Shown here one piece after another: positions 52,418-62,062 of a stretch of DNA of 64,000 nt. Source of the DNA: an uncultured Alphaproteobacteria bacterium (GTDB lineage: Bacteria > Pseudomonadota > Alphaproteobacteria > Rhodobacterales > Rhodobacteraceae); contig CAVSJB010000004.1 in NCBI GenBank assembly GCA_963728255.1, positions 818,307-882,306 on the forward strand, read 5' to 3'. The translations under genes were made by a program, and so were the position numbers. The first letter of the stretch is position 1, and the number at the start of each line of letters is the position of its first letter. A model generated the notes under the pieces. The model saw only the letters and a list, made by a program, of their open reading frames with translations. It had not been told where the DNA came from and searched no databases.

Positions 52418-52717
52418 ATGATCCGCCAGTCGCTCGCAGCTCTCGCCACCGGCCTCCTGCTTGCCGCAACGCCCGTCACCGCACAGGAGACCGAGACCTG
52501 GCTGCCCAGCCTCCTGACCGAGACCCCGCAGGAAGGGTTCGACCTCGCCATCTCGATGGCGCGCCGGGCCGTCAAGACGACGCAGCCGGAGGTGGAGACG
52601 CTGATGGAGCTGCGCCCGGCCTATGCCCACGACCCGCAGAGCCTGATCGATGTCTCAGGCGTCGCGGCATCGTGGTTCGCGACCATCGCGGCGGCGAACG
52701 ACTACTGGAGAGAGTGA
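52418..52717 (+). CDS. Hexameric tyrosine-coordinated heme protein (HTHP) with N-terminal signal peptide
   Basis: ETWLPSLLTETPQEGFDLA...TQP...LRPAY...FATIAAANDYW matches the HTHP family. Confidence 0.87.
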   Translation: MIRQSLAALATGLLLAATPVTAQETETWLPSLLTETPQEGFDLAISMARRAVKTTQPEVETLMELRPAYAHDPQSLIDVSGVAASWFATIAAANDYWRE

Positions 52718-52733
52718 CGCTCGGGAGAAGCGT

Positions 52734-53062
52734 ATGGCCCTGAGACATGCGGCGCCCGGAAACGTCGTCGATCTGCGGCCGCTTGGAGCGGCTCTGGCCC
52801 GACCCGCACCCATGCCATCGTGCGGACGTCGTCGTTCGAGGCGGTGCGCCTGGTCGTGCCCGCCGGCACGCAGATCCCGACGCACAAGGTTTCTAGCCGG
52901 ATCATGCTCCACTGTATCGAGGGGCAGGTGCAGCTTGCGCTCGACGGCGCCTCGGTCGAGTTGCGCGCGGGCGACTGGGTCTACCTGGACGGAAACGAGC
53001 CGCACGCGGTGAATGGCGTGGAAGATGCCTCGCTGCTGCTCACCATTCTCTTCGAGCCATGA
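52734..53062 (+). pseudogene. Cupin-domain protein, frameshift near 52800
   Basis: MALRHAAPGNVVDLRPLG joined to RLVVPAG..IPTH...HCIEG...EPHAV. Confidence 0.75.
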
Positions 53063-53075
53063 GGGAAGAACGACG

Positions 53076-53385
53076 ATGCACGTCGAGACCATCCTGCCGG
53101 GCGCCCGAGTGCGCCTCGTCACGATCACCGAGGATGCGCCGCTGGTGGAGGCGGCGAGGCGCCTCCGAGGGCCGAACGCCGCACTCGTTGTGAGGCGTCA
53201 TCACGAAGACCGACGTGGTCGACCGGATCAGCCACTGCTCCGGCGCGAGCTGCACCAGGCCCGCAGCCTCGGTCATGACGCTTGAGGCTGTCTGCTGCCG
53301 CCCTGACCGCAGATTGCGCAAGGTCCGGGACGTCCCGCGGGCTGAAGCACGTTCCCGTGGCCGACGCGGAAGGCCGAGACCCCGA
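53076..53385 (+). pseudogene. CBS-domain protein remnant
   Basis: LVTITEDAPLVEAARRL; GVITKTDVV; VMT; GLKHVPVAD across frames. Confidence 0.65.
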
Positions 53386-53809
53386 GGATAGCTGCTGCCG
53401 ACAGGAGCGGCCCGGCGGCTCCGCGGCCGCGGGTGCGGACCGCCGCGAGCAGTCGCGGACCGGCGGCAAAGAGGAAGGTGGCCGCCAAAAGGAGCCAAGG
53501 AACGATGCCGACAAAGGCCTCGCCAGGCGTCACCAGAAGCAGCGCGGCGCCGGCCAGCCCTCCGGCAATCGCCACCAGGATGATCGCGCGCAGGCGAAGC
53601 GTGCCCTCGGCGGCGACGTCGTGGCGGTAGGCCCAGGCGCTGCCGATGTAGCCGGGCATGGCCGTCAGCGTCGCGGTGGCGTTCGCCATGATCGGCGGCA
53701 CGCCCAGCCGGACGAGGGCGGGAAAGCTCAGGAACGTGCCGCCGCCGGCGACCGCGTTCAGCCCGCCCGCCAGGAGACCCGCGATCGTCAGGACGGAAAG
53801 AGAAGGCAT
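53380..53809 (-). pseudogene. TauE/SafE sulfite-exporter family, 3'-truncated
   Basis: AGGLNAVAGGGTFLSFPAL...ANAT; homology ends where the CBS remnant begins. Confidence 0.75.
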
Positions 53810-53969
53810 CGACGCCTCTATCGGAGGACCAGCGCCTCTTTCCATAGAACATTATCGGTCCGCGAATTGGCACGGAAGAGACCCGAGCTAATGCGAGTGG
53901 GCAAGGATGGCGCGCGAGATAGGCTGTGGCGAGTTCTCGAGGATCAAGCGCAAGCGGCGGCACCGCGCT

Positions 53970-54420
53970 ACCGCCTACCACCGGAGCGCGTGTTCGAGGC
54001 CCTGATCGGGTGCCGTCGGGAGACGCTGTATGCGCTCGAGCCCCAGAGGGCGGCCGCGGCAGCGCTTCGCCGAGCCGACGAGGACCTTGCCCTCATGCGC
54101 CGGCGCGTCGAAGAAGGACGGTCGCCACGAGGCCGAGCCGCCTGCGAACGGGCGGACGATGCCCACCACCAGGCGATCGCGCGTGTCGCCCGCAACCTGC
54201 TCCTCACCGCACTCTTGCGCCACTTCTCGAGTGCGCGCTGCCGCGCGGTCTGGCAGCGAGAGTGGGGCCGCACCTATCGCCGCGTCGGCGTCGTTGAATT
54301 TACGCAGATGCACAGCGAGCAGCATGGCCGCGCCGTTGAAGCGATTGCCGCCGCAGACGCGCCAGCCGCGTATCGCACCATGGCGCAGCATCTGGAGGCG
54401 GTCAGCATCGACATGGGTTA
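53970..54420 (+). pseudogene. GntR/FadR-family FCD-domain fragment, HTH missing
   Basis: ALEP..AAAAALR...ADDAHHQAIARVARNLLL...QH...AIAAAD..AA...MAQHL. Confidence 0.65.
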
Positions 54421-54639
54421 CCTCGACCTCACGGTAGCGAAGAAAGCAGATACAGCGTCATAATCGTGCCGCCCATCAGCGTAGTCGCATCCTCTGGCTC
54501 CTGTGGCGCGTCGGCTGCACCGAAGCCGGACTCCGCCGTGCTTGCTTGCCGGCGAATTTGTAGAGGCCTGAGGAAAGAATGGCGGCGATGCGGGGCCAGA
54601 TCGCCCGATGGGAAAGTCGCAAAAACGCTGTATCGCCGC

Positions 54640-55143
54640 CACCAACAGGAGGGGTTCGCCAACTGGTCGCTCGCTGTCGGCGGGCTCGTCGCGGCGCCGC
54701 GAGCGTATTCGCTGGCCGAGCTGAAGTCGAAGCCTGCCCGCAGCCAGATCACCCGTCACGACTGCGTCGAGGGGTGGTCGGCGATCGGCAAGTGGACCGG
54801 CGTTCCGCTCGGTGCGCTGCTCGACGAGGTCCGCCTGCAACCGCAGGCGCGCTACATCGTGTTCCGCTGCGCCGACAGCTTCTCGGGCCACCCGTACTAC
54901 GAGAGCATCGACCTGATCGACGCCTTCCACCCGCAGACGATTCTGGCCTACGGCATGAACGACAGCGACCTGCCGACAGGTCACGGCGCCCCGCTTCGCC
55001 TCCGTGTCGAGCGGCAACTCGGTTACAAGCACGCCAAGTTCATCATGCAGGTCGAGGCAGTGGCCTCTCTCGACGGCATTGGAGGCGGCCGCGGCGGCTA
55101 CTGGGAGGATGCGGGCTTCTACGACTGGTATGCCGGGGTGTGA
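54640..55143 (+). pseudogene. Molybdopterin-dependent oxidoreductase (sulfite oxidase/MsrP-like), 5'-truncated
   Basis: ITRHDCVEGWS, HPQTILAYGMN, HGAPLRL, GYKHAK, GGYWED. Confidence 0.8.
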
Positions 55144-55269
55144 CCGACTTCTCGGGGGCGTGGCGAATTCTGCACAAGGTCTGCGCCACTTGGGGCACCA
55201 AAGTTTCGAGCGAATTTCCGTTCAGTCCGCGCTGCATGAGACGGTCCGCCGGCTTTGCTGCGGCGTGCG

Positions 55270-55337
55270 CGAACGGCCATGAACAATGCGGCGTCGCGGC
55301 AGCCGCGTCGTCGCCGAACGGCAGCTGAGGACCGACC
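55270..55337 (-). repeat. Module-boundary repeat R5
   Basis: Minus strand GGTCGGTCC-N27-TGCCGCGACGC with GCTGCCGTTCG and GGCCGTTCG boxes. Confidence 0.65.
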
Positions 55338-55399
55338 GCGTCGAGTCGTCCACCGTCGCCCAGGGAGCCGTAGTGGACACCGGGACCCGGCTCCGCCTG

Positions 55400-56806
55400 A
55401 GACAGGATTGGTCGCAATCAACCACGCCGCCTGCGGCTGAGAACCCGGGCGAGCGTGCGTGGCCGGAACAGCACTCGGGGCGGGTCGAGGAACCCGATGA
55501 ACTCGGTAAAACTGCTCGGTCGTGGCCGGGTTCGCATGGGTAGCGCGCTGAAGTCGCTTCATGTACCATTGAAGCGCACGAAGACCTGCTGTCCGCCGGT
55601 TGGAGAGTTCCGGGTAACGGTAGTCCTCGATCTCGACGCCCTGCCATGCCAGGTCCGCAATCGTGGCGACCCGCCGATACCAATGCTGAGAAAAGCGCCG
55701 GTTCAGGCCGCCGCGGTGGCGGGCTTCGGTCAGCGCCAGATCCAACTCTTCCGCCTCCATCGCGGCGACAGTCATGCCCTGCCCGTAGATGGGATTGAAG
55801 CTGCACACCGCGTCCCCGATCCCGATCATGCCTGTCGGGAGGCCTCGAAGGCGGTCGTAGCGGCGACGAAGACTTTAGGAAAGCGGTGGTGAGTTACTGC
55901 GGTCAGCGGTTCGAGATCGCTGATCGCGGCATGGAGGTCTGGAACGGGCAGGCGCCGGGCGAAGTCTCGAAAGCTGTGGTGGTCCTGCGGCGACGGCTCC
56001 TCGAACAGGCTCACCAAAGTCACCAGCCATTGATTGTCCTCGATCGCGATGCAGATCCCTGCGCGCTTGCTGGCCGGACCATTCACGAACAACGCTTGCC
56101 AGTCAGGTGTGGGACCGGAGCGCTGGAAGCGGCAGGTCGTGTAGGTCAGCGGCGCCGGGATGGTGTCAATTCTTGGCGCCGCCTGCCCAAGCTGCTCGAG
56201 CCAGCGAGGCATGGCGCTTCCTCGTCCAGTCGCATCGACGAGGAGGTCAGCGGCGATGACCTCGGAACGGCTGGCTATCGCTAGGTGTGCGCCGGTCACC
56301 GCGTTTGCCTCGATTACGGGCGCCTCGAGACACGTACCTTCTCGTAACGTGACGTTGGGCAATTCACGGGCGCGCGCGGCCACGACTGTCTCGATCAGCG
56401 GGCGGCTCGCGGCCACCAGCTCAAGGGCGGACTCGTGCCGCGTGCGCCATCCGTCATCGTAGAACCAGGCAAGGTCGCGCCCCGCGTTGATCTTCAGGGC
56501 CCCTGCGGCAAGGAGTTCTCCGGTCAGATCGGGAAACAGGCTCTCCAAGATAGCAAGGCCGCGTGGCAACAGGACATGCACGTGGCGACCCTGCGGCACG
56601 CCCTTCCGTGGCTCGGGACGCCTCGGCAGCCTGTCCCGCTCAATCACAGTGACCCGGGCGAAGTGCTCCGACAGGACACGCGCCGCCAAGAGGCCGGCCA
56701 TGCTCGCGCCGGCGACCACGGCGTGGCTGAAGCCGCGTTGAGGCGATGATGCGATGGCGGCCACGCTATCCGGCGCAGCCGTGCTTGGAAGCAGAACGTG
56801 GGTCAC
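55400..56806 (-). CDS. FAD-dependent monooxygenase/epoxidase family, frameshifts near 55875 and 55500
   Basis: GASMAGL, RKGVPQGRHVH, DATGR, GDAVCSFNPIYGQGMT. Confidence 0.8.
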
Positions 56807-57002
56807 CTCTGAGTTCCGGCGCGATGCGCGCGGTCTTCCCGCTGATTACATCATGCCACACGCCAAACCAGGCAGATACCGGCTCGGCCCACACCAGTAT
56901 GAGGCGTGGGGGCGATTTCGGTGTGCACGAGGTCACATTGGCAAGCGCCCTGTCAGTCGCGCCTTTCGTGAGCATGTCGCGATGCCTTCGCTGCGCGGGA
57001 CT

Positions 57003-57071
57003 CCGATGGCTGGAGTTGACGTGGCGTCGCGGCGGTCACTACCGGCCTCAAACGGCGGCTCTGGGCCGACC
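57003..57071 (-). repeat. Module-boundary repeat R6, just after the second recombinase stop
   Basis: Minus strand GGTCGGCCC-N28-CGCCGCGACGC with a GCCGCCGTTTG box. Confidence 0.68.
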
Positions 57072-57097
57072 CCGACCGAGGCCTCAATGGGCTCCCT

Positions 57098-57460
57098 TCA
57101 GATCCCGATTGCTTCGGCGATGGCGAGCGCGTCCTCGAGTTCGATGCCGAGGTAGCGCACGGTGCTGTCCATCTCTGCATGACCGAGGAGAAGCTGGACC
57201 GCCGGGAGATTGCCGGTCTTCTTGTAGATCTGCGCCCCTGTGGTCCGTCGCATTGAAGGCGTGCCATGAGCGTTTCGGCTCAAGGCCGGTTAAAGGCGAC
57301 CTAGACCTTGAGCATGCGGCCGTATTGGAGTGGCGAGATGTGTGGCCGATCGTGGAAGCGGCCCGGCCAGAAATGCTCGGAGCCGAGCATCGCCGGGCTC
57401 TGCACCCAGAGCAGCAGGAGCTGTCGCGTTCCTTCGGTGATCTCGAACTCCACGAGATGC
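57098..57460 (-). pseudogene. Degenerate paralogue of the small tyrosine recombinase
   Basis: FEITEGTR, WPGRFH, IYKKTGNL.AVQLLLGH..MDSTVRYLGIELEDAL; N-terminus missing, internal stop and frameshift. Confidence 0.88.
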
Positions 57461-57624
57461 GGGTGGACGTTCGCCTCGATCGCGATTTCGAACCTCCGCT
57501 CGTCCCGCATAGGCTCCTTCTCTCTTGCGCGAGGACGGGAGCTATCGGACGCAGCTTGGCGAAGAGTTTGCGGGATATGCGAGGCTGGTTGCTGCTACCG
57601 CCCCGCCACATGACCGGTGCGCTC

Positions 57625-57648
57625 TCCTGTACAACGTTCTGCACAGGA
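57625..57648. promoter_or_regulatory. YefM/YoeB-type operator palindrome
   Basis: TCCTGTACA-ACGTTC-TGCACAGGA; TGTACA cores are the known YefM-YoeB operator; adjacent to a yoeB remnant. Confidence 0.6.
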
Positions 57649-57674
57649 CGTAATCCGGAGAAAGAGCAGATGGA

Positions 57675-57815
57675 GGCAAGCCGGAGCCCCTGAAGGGGGA
57701 TCTCGCGGGATGGTGGTCGCGCCGCATTACCATGGAGGACCGGCTGGTCTATCGGCTGACCGGCAAGGGGGACGCGCCGGTGCTCGAGATTGCGCAGGTC
57801 CGCTTCCACGACTGA
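57675..57815 (+). pseudogene. yoeB: Txe/YoeB toxin C-terminal remnant
   Basis: [46 protein letters not shown]; absent from the ORF track. Confidence 0.85.
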
Positions 57816-58056
57816 GCATCGAACAAGTCGCACGGGATGGGATCTCGTCTTTGCCGACGGCCGCGATTGGTGAGCGAGGCTGCCCGGTACGCGCGTGCTG
57901 CCGTGCGAGTTCGGCTCTCTCGGCGCGGAATTGCGCGGTGAAGCGACCGACCCCAACCGCGTCGGCGACGTCGCCCGCCGGATCCTCGCCAGCATGCATG
58001 AGCGCCGAGACAAGCCGGCGATTTTGTAACTCTTCTGACAAATGTGTGGTTCAGAC

Positions 58057-59784
58057 ATGATGAACAGACCCCCCCGGACCGGCGGAAGGCCCAGCTTCGC
58101 GGAACTCTACACGCCCAAGCTCGTGACCGTCATTCGCGAGGGCTACGGGCTGCCGCAGCTGCGAGCCGATGCCATCGCAGGGCTCACGGTCGCCATCGTC
58201 GCGTTGCCGCTGTCGATGGCCATCGCGATAGCCTCGGGCACGACGCCAGCGCAGGGGCTCTATACCGCCATCGTCGGAGGGTTCCTCGTCTCGCTAATCG
58301 GCGGCTCGCGATTCCAGATCGGCGGACCTGCCGGGGCCTTCATCGTGCTCGTGGCTGCCACCGTAGCGCAGCACGGGGTGGACGGACTGATCCTCGCCAC
58401 TTTCCTCTCCGGCTTCATGCTGGCCGCGGCGGGATTCCTCCGGCTCGGCACCTTCATCAAGTTCATCCCGTTTCCCGTCACGGTCGGCTTCACCGCCGGG
58501 ATCGCGGTGATCATCTTCGCGAGCCAGATCAAGGAGCTTCTGGGTCTTTCGCTCGCTCAAGAGCCCGGGGCCCTGATGGCGAAGATCCCGGCGCTCTGGG
58601 ACGCCAGCGCCAGTCTTGCGCCGGCCGCCTTGGGGCTTTCGCTGGCGACCGTCACGATCATGGTCGGCCTGCGCAGGGTGCGGTCGCACTGGCCGGGGGC
58701 GCTCATCGCCGTCGGCCTCGTGACGGTGGCCACTGCGCTGCTTGATCTGCCCGTCCAGACGATCGGCGCGAAGTTCGGGGGCATTCCGTCCACTCTTCCA
58801 CTGCCCAGCCTGCCGGACCTGTCGCTGCGACGGATTGTGGCCGTCCTGCCGGCGGCAGTCTCGTTCACGCTGCTCGGCGCGATCGAGTCCCTTTTATCCG
58901 CTGTGGTCGCCGACGGCATGACGGGACGTCGACACAGGTCCAACTGCGAACTGGTGGCCCAGGGCGCGGCCAACATCGGCGCGTCGCTCTTTGGCGGGTT
59001 CTGCGTCACGGGGACCATCGCGCGAACCGCTACCAATGTGCGCTCGGGCGCTCATGGCCCGATCGCCGGCATGTTGCACGCGCTGTTCTTGCTGCTGTTC
59101 ATGCTGGTCGCGGCGCCTCTCGCCGCCTACATCCCGCTGGCGGCGCTGGCGGGCGTGCTGGCGGTCGTGGCCTGGAACATGATCGAGAAGCCTGCCATCG
59201 TGATCCTGATCCGGTCCGGGTGGGGCGAGGCGACCGTCCTGGCCGCCACCTTTTTCCTGACGATCTTCCGCGATCTTACTGAGGCTATCGTCGTGGGCTT
59301 CGCGCTTGGCTCGGTGCTCTTCATCCACCGCATGAGCCGCACCACGGCAGTGACGACGCATACACCCTTCGTCAGTCGCGACGTGGCGGACAGAGCAGAC
59401 CCCGCGGCGCCCTATGACGAAGGAACTGCCGCGAACCCGGACATTGTCGTCTACCGGATCACGGGCGCGCTGTTCTTCGGTGCCACCGCGTCGATCGGCT
59501 CGGTTCTCGATCGCATCCATGACAGCCACAAGGCGCTGATCATCGATTTCTCGGCCGTGCCGTTCCTCGATTCGACCGGCGCCAACATGATCGAGGGGTT
59601 GGCCCACAAGGCTCACCGGCGGGGCGTCGCGCTCTGGCTCACCGGAGCCAGCCGCGACATCCGACGCGTGTTCGTCACCCACGGCCTGAAGAAGCCGCTC
59701 GCGAAACATGCAGCCACGATCGAGGCCGCGATGCCCTTGGCTCTGGCCGCAGCTTCGCAAAGCCCCCATGATCCGCGGATTTGA
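58057..59784 (+). CDS. SulP family anion transporter with STAS domain
   Basis: DAIAGLTVAIVALPLSMA, IGGPAGAF, IESLLSA, ARTATN, DFSAVPFLDSTG. Confidence 0.93.
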   Translation: MMNRPPRTGGRPSFAELYTPKLVTVIREGYGLPQLRADAIAGLTVAIVALPLSMAIAIASGTTPAQGLYTAIVGGFLVSLIGGSRFQIGGPAGAFIVLVAATVAQHGVDGLILATFLSGFMLAAAGFLRLGTFIKFIPFPVTVGFTAGIAVIIFASQIKELLGLSLAQEPGALMAKIPALWDASASLAPAALGLSLATVTIMVGLRRVRSHWPGALIAVGLVTVATALLDLPVQTIGAKFGGIPSTLPLPSLPDLSLRRIVAVLPAAVSFTLLGAIESLLSAVVADGMTGRRHRSNCELVAQGAANIGASLFGGFCVTGTIARTATNVRSGAHGPIAGMLHALFLLLFMLVAAPLAAYIPLAALAGVLAVVAWNMIEKPAIVILIRSGWGEATVLAATFFLTIFRDLTEAIVVGFALGSVLFIHRMSRTTAVTTHTPFVSRDVADRADPAAPYDEGTAANPDIVVYRITGALFFGATASIGSVLDRIHDSHKALIIDFSAVPFLDSTGANMIEGLAHKAHRRGVALWLTGASRDIRRVFVTHGLKKPLAKHAATIEAAMPLALAAASQSPHDPRI

Positions 59785-59788
59785 CATC

Positions 59789-59840
59789 GGGCGGCCCCGC
59801 GCGGTCGCGACCGCGGCGCATTCATCGAAGCGGCCGTTCG
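59789..59840 (+). repeat. Degenerate module-boundary repeat R7
   Basis: GGGCGGCCC, short spacer, CCGCGGCGC-N9-AGCGGCCGTTCG; right after the sulP stop. Confidence 0.45.
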
Positions 59841-60005
59841 CCTTGGCGGAAGGGGGCCGGCTTCGCCTCGGGGTCTCGGCCGACGGCAGCAGCTTCTTCA
59901 ACGGCGTGAGCGGCGACAATGTGGCTCAAGCGCGACATCCGGTCCGACGTCACCCGGCACGATGCCCCGGCGTCGTCGAGGATCCCCGGATGGGACAAGC
60001 GCATG

Positions 60006-60784
60006 CTACTCTCCTTGCCCCATGATCGCGGCAATGAAGGCGGAAAAGAGTTTGCCCTGTGAGCTGATGCGCAGCTTCGCATAGATGTGCGGCGGTGGAT
60101 GCGAATCGTGCCGGGCGAGATGCCGAGTGCCTTGCCGGCCGCGTCCGCCGAATACCCCTTTAGCGTGAACTCGACGACTTCGCGTTCGCGCGGTGTGAGG
60201 ACACCCTCGCCAATCGAGCGGTAGGCATCGCGGATCCGCCCCTCGATGTCGTCCTGTCCGTCCGCGAGCGGATGCTTCAGCCGACCCCAGTGCTGCCGGG
60301 CGGCCGCGTCCACCACCGGCCAAAGAGCGGCCAGATGGCGGAATTCCACGGCTGAGAAGCGTCTCTGCCGCCGCATCATGGACAGGACCAGTGTCAGACT
60401 CTCGCTTATCGAGACGAGGTAGCCGATCCCCTCTGCAAGGCCTGTCTGCCGGTAGTAGCTCTTGAAGTATTCGCCTTGGTAGAAGCGGTCTGGCGCAATG
60501 TCCGACAGCCGGTAGAGCCCGCGGCGCTCGGGATCCTGGCTGGCAAGGAAGAAGGGGTCGAGGATGTAGGGTCCTTCGAGAAAGTCTGAGACATGGACGC
60601 GATGCCGGTCCGGCAGGAAGTCATTGTAGAGGGCGAGGGGACGCTTGTCGCCGGAATCGCCGAACACGACACAGTCGTCGAAGGTGGCCGTCTGCCTCAG
60701 CACATCGCCCAGCGCGCGAGGAAATTCGGGCTCGCCCAGACAGGCGATAAGCCGTCCGACCGTTGCATACATCTCTGCCTGCAA
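60006..60784 (-). CDS. LuxR-type HTH regulator, frameshift near 60090
   Basis: GPYILDPFF N-terminal domain; LTPREREVV...GISPGTIRIHR joined to IYAKLRISSQ. Confidence 0.83.
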
Positions 60785-60894
60785 GTCCTCTCCACCGAAG
60801 CCGTCAGGTGCGACGTCTATAACAATATGTATATTTACGAGGAAGCCGAAATGGTTCGCAGTGTCTTCGAGGGAGGACTATGCAGAATACAGGC

Positions 60895-62034
60895 ATGATG
60901 CAGGAAGATTTCAGCGGTGAAGCGAAAGCATCGCCAGACGGGGGCGACGCTTTCGTCGCCGAACTGAGGGCAGTCTCGAAGTCGTTCGGCAGCGTTGTCG
61001 CGGCTAAAAACCTCAACCTCTCGATCCGTCCGGGCGAGTTCCTGTCCTTTCTCGGACCCTCGGGGTGCGGCAAGACGACGGCCCTGCGAATGCTGGCCGG
61101 ATTCGAGACGCCGACATCGGGCGAGGTGCGCATCGCGGGGGACGTCGTGAACGGCAAGGCGCCTTACCGCCGCCCGGTGAACATGGTGTTCCAGAGCTAT
61201 GCGCTGTTCCCGCACCTCACCGTCGCTCAGAACATCGCCTACGGCTTGCAGCAGCGGCGCCCGCGTCCGAACCGCGCCGAGATCGCGCGGGAGGTGGGCG
61301 CGGCGCTCGAGATCGTCCGCCTCGGCGGGTTCGAGACGCGCCGCATCTGGGAGATGTCCGGCGGTCAGCAGCAGCGCGTCGCCCTGGCCCGCGCCATCAT
61401 CAACCGCCCCAAGCTGCTCCTGCTGGACGAGCCGCTCGCCGCGCTGGACCGAAAGCTGCGCAAGGAGATGCAGATCGAGTTGCAGGATCTGCAACGGACT
61501 TTGGGCATCACCTTCGTCCTGGTGACCCACGACCAGGAAGAGGCGCTGTCGCTGAGCGACCGGATCTGCGTCATGCGCGACGGCGAGATCGTCCAGACCG
61601 GCTCGCCGCAGGAGCTCTACGATCAGCCCGAGACGCGCTATGTCGCGGATTTCGTGGGCACCTCCAATTTCTTCGAGGGGCAGGTGGCATCGATCGATGG
61701 CCAAACCGCGACGCTGCGCCTCGGGGACGGGCAGACCCTGACGGGACAGCGCGCTAACCACGTGCAAGCCGGCGAGCGGGCCTGCGTCAGCCTGCGGCCC
61801 GAGCAGATCGCGATGCGGGGCGAGGCCACCGAGGGTGCGCTGCCCGTGACGGTGCAGAACCGGATATTTCTGGGCGAACACACCGAATACCTCGTGCGGC
61901 ACGAGGCGCTGGGCAACGTGATCGTGCTCGCCCCGCGCCGGGCCGAGCAGGGCGGCACCGCGTACCAGAAAGGCGACGAAGCCTGGATCTCGTGGCGGCA
62001 CGAGTCCGCGCGGATCCTTCTGTCGGAGCAGTAG
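60895..62034 (+). CDS. Polyamine ABC ATPase (PotA-like)
   Basis: GPSGCGKT, FQSYALFPH, MSGGQQQR, VTHDQEEAL, TOBE-like tail. Confidence 0.92.
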   Translation: MMQEDFSGEAKASPDGGDAFVAELRAVSKSFGSVVAAKNLNLSIRPGEFLSFLGPSGCGKTTALRMLAGFETPTSGEVRIAGDVVNGKAPYRRPVNMVFQSYALFPHLTVAQNIAYGLQQRRPRPNRAEIAREVGAALEIVRLGGFETRRIWEMSGGQQQRVALARAIINRPKLLLLDEPLAALDRKLRKEMQIELQDLQRTLGITFVLVTHDQEEALSLSDRICVMRDGEIVQTGSPQELYDQPETRYVADFVGTSNFFEGQVASIDGQTATLRLGDGQTLTGQRANHVQAGERACVSLRPEQIAMRGEATEGALPVTVQNRIFLGEHTEYLVRHEALGNVIVLAPRRAEQGGTAYQKGDEAWISWRHESARILLSEQ

Positions 62035-62062
62035 CTCCGAAGCCACAACAGGGAGCACGGAA

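Noticed and set aside
31057-57071. Repeats as a CRISPR array or canonical attC sites
   Set aside because: Copies are kilobases apart and degenerate; no cas genes; no RYYYAAC...GTTRRRY ends; the recombinase lacks IntI hallmarks.
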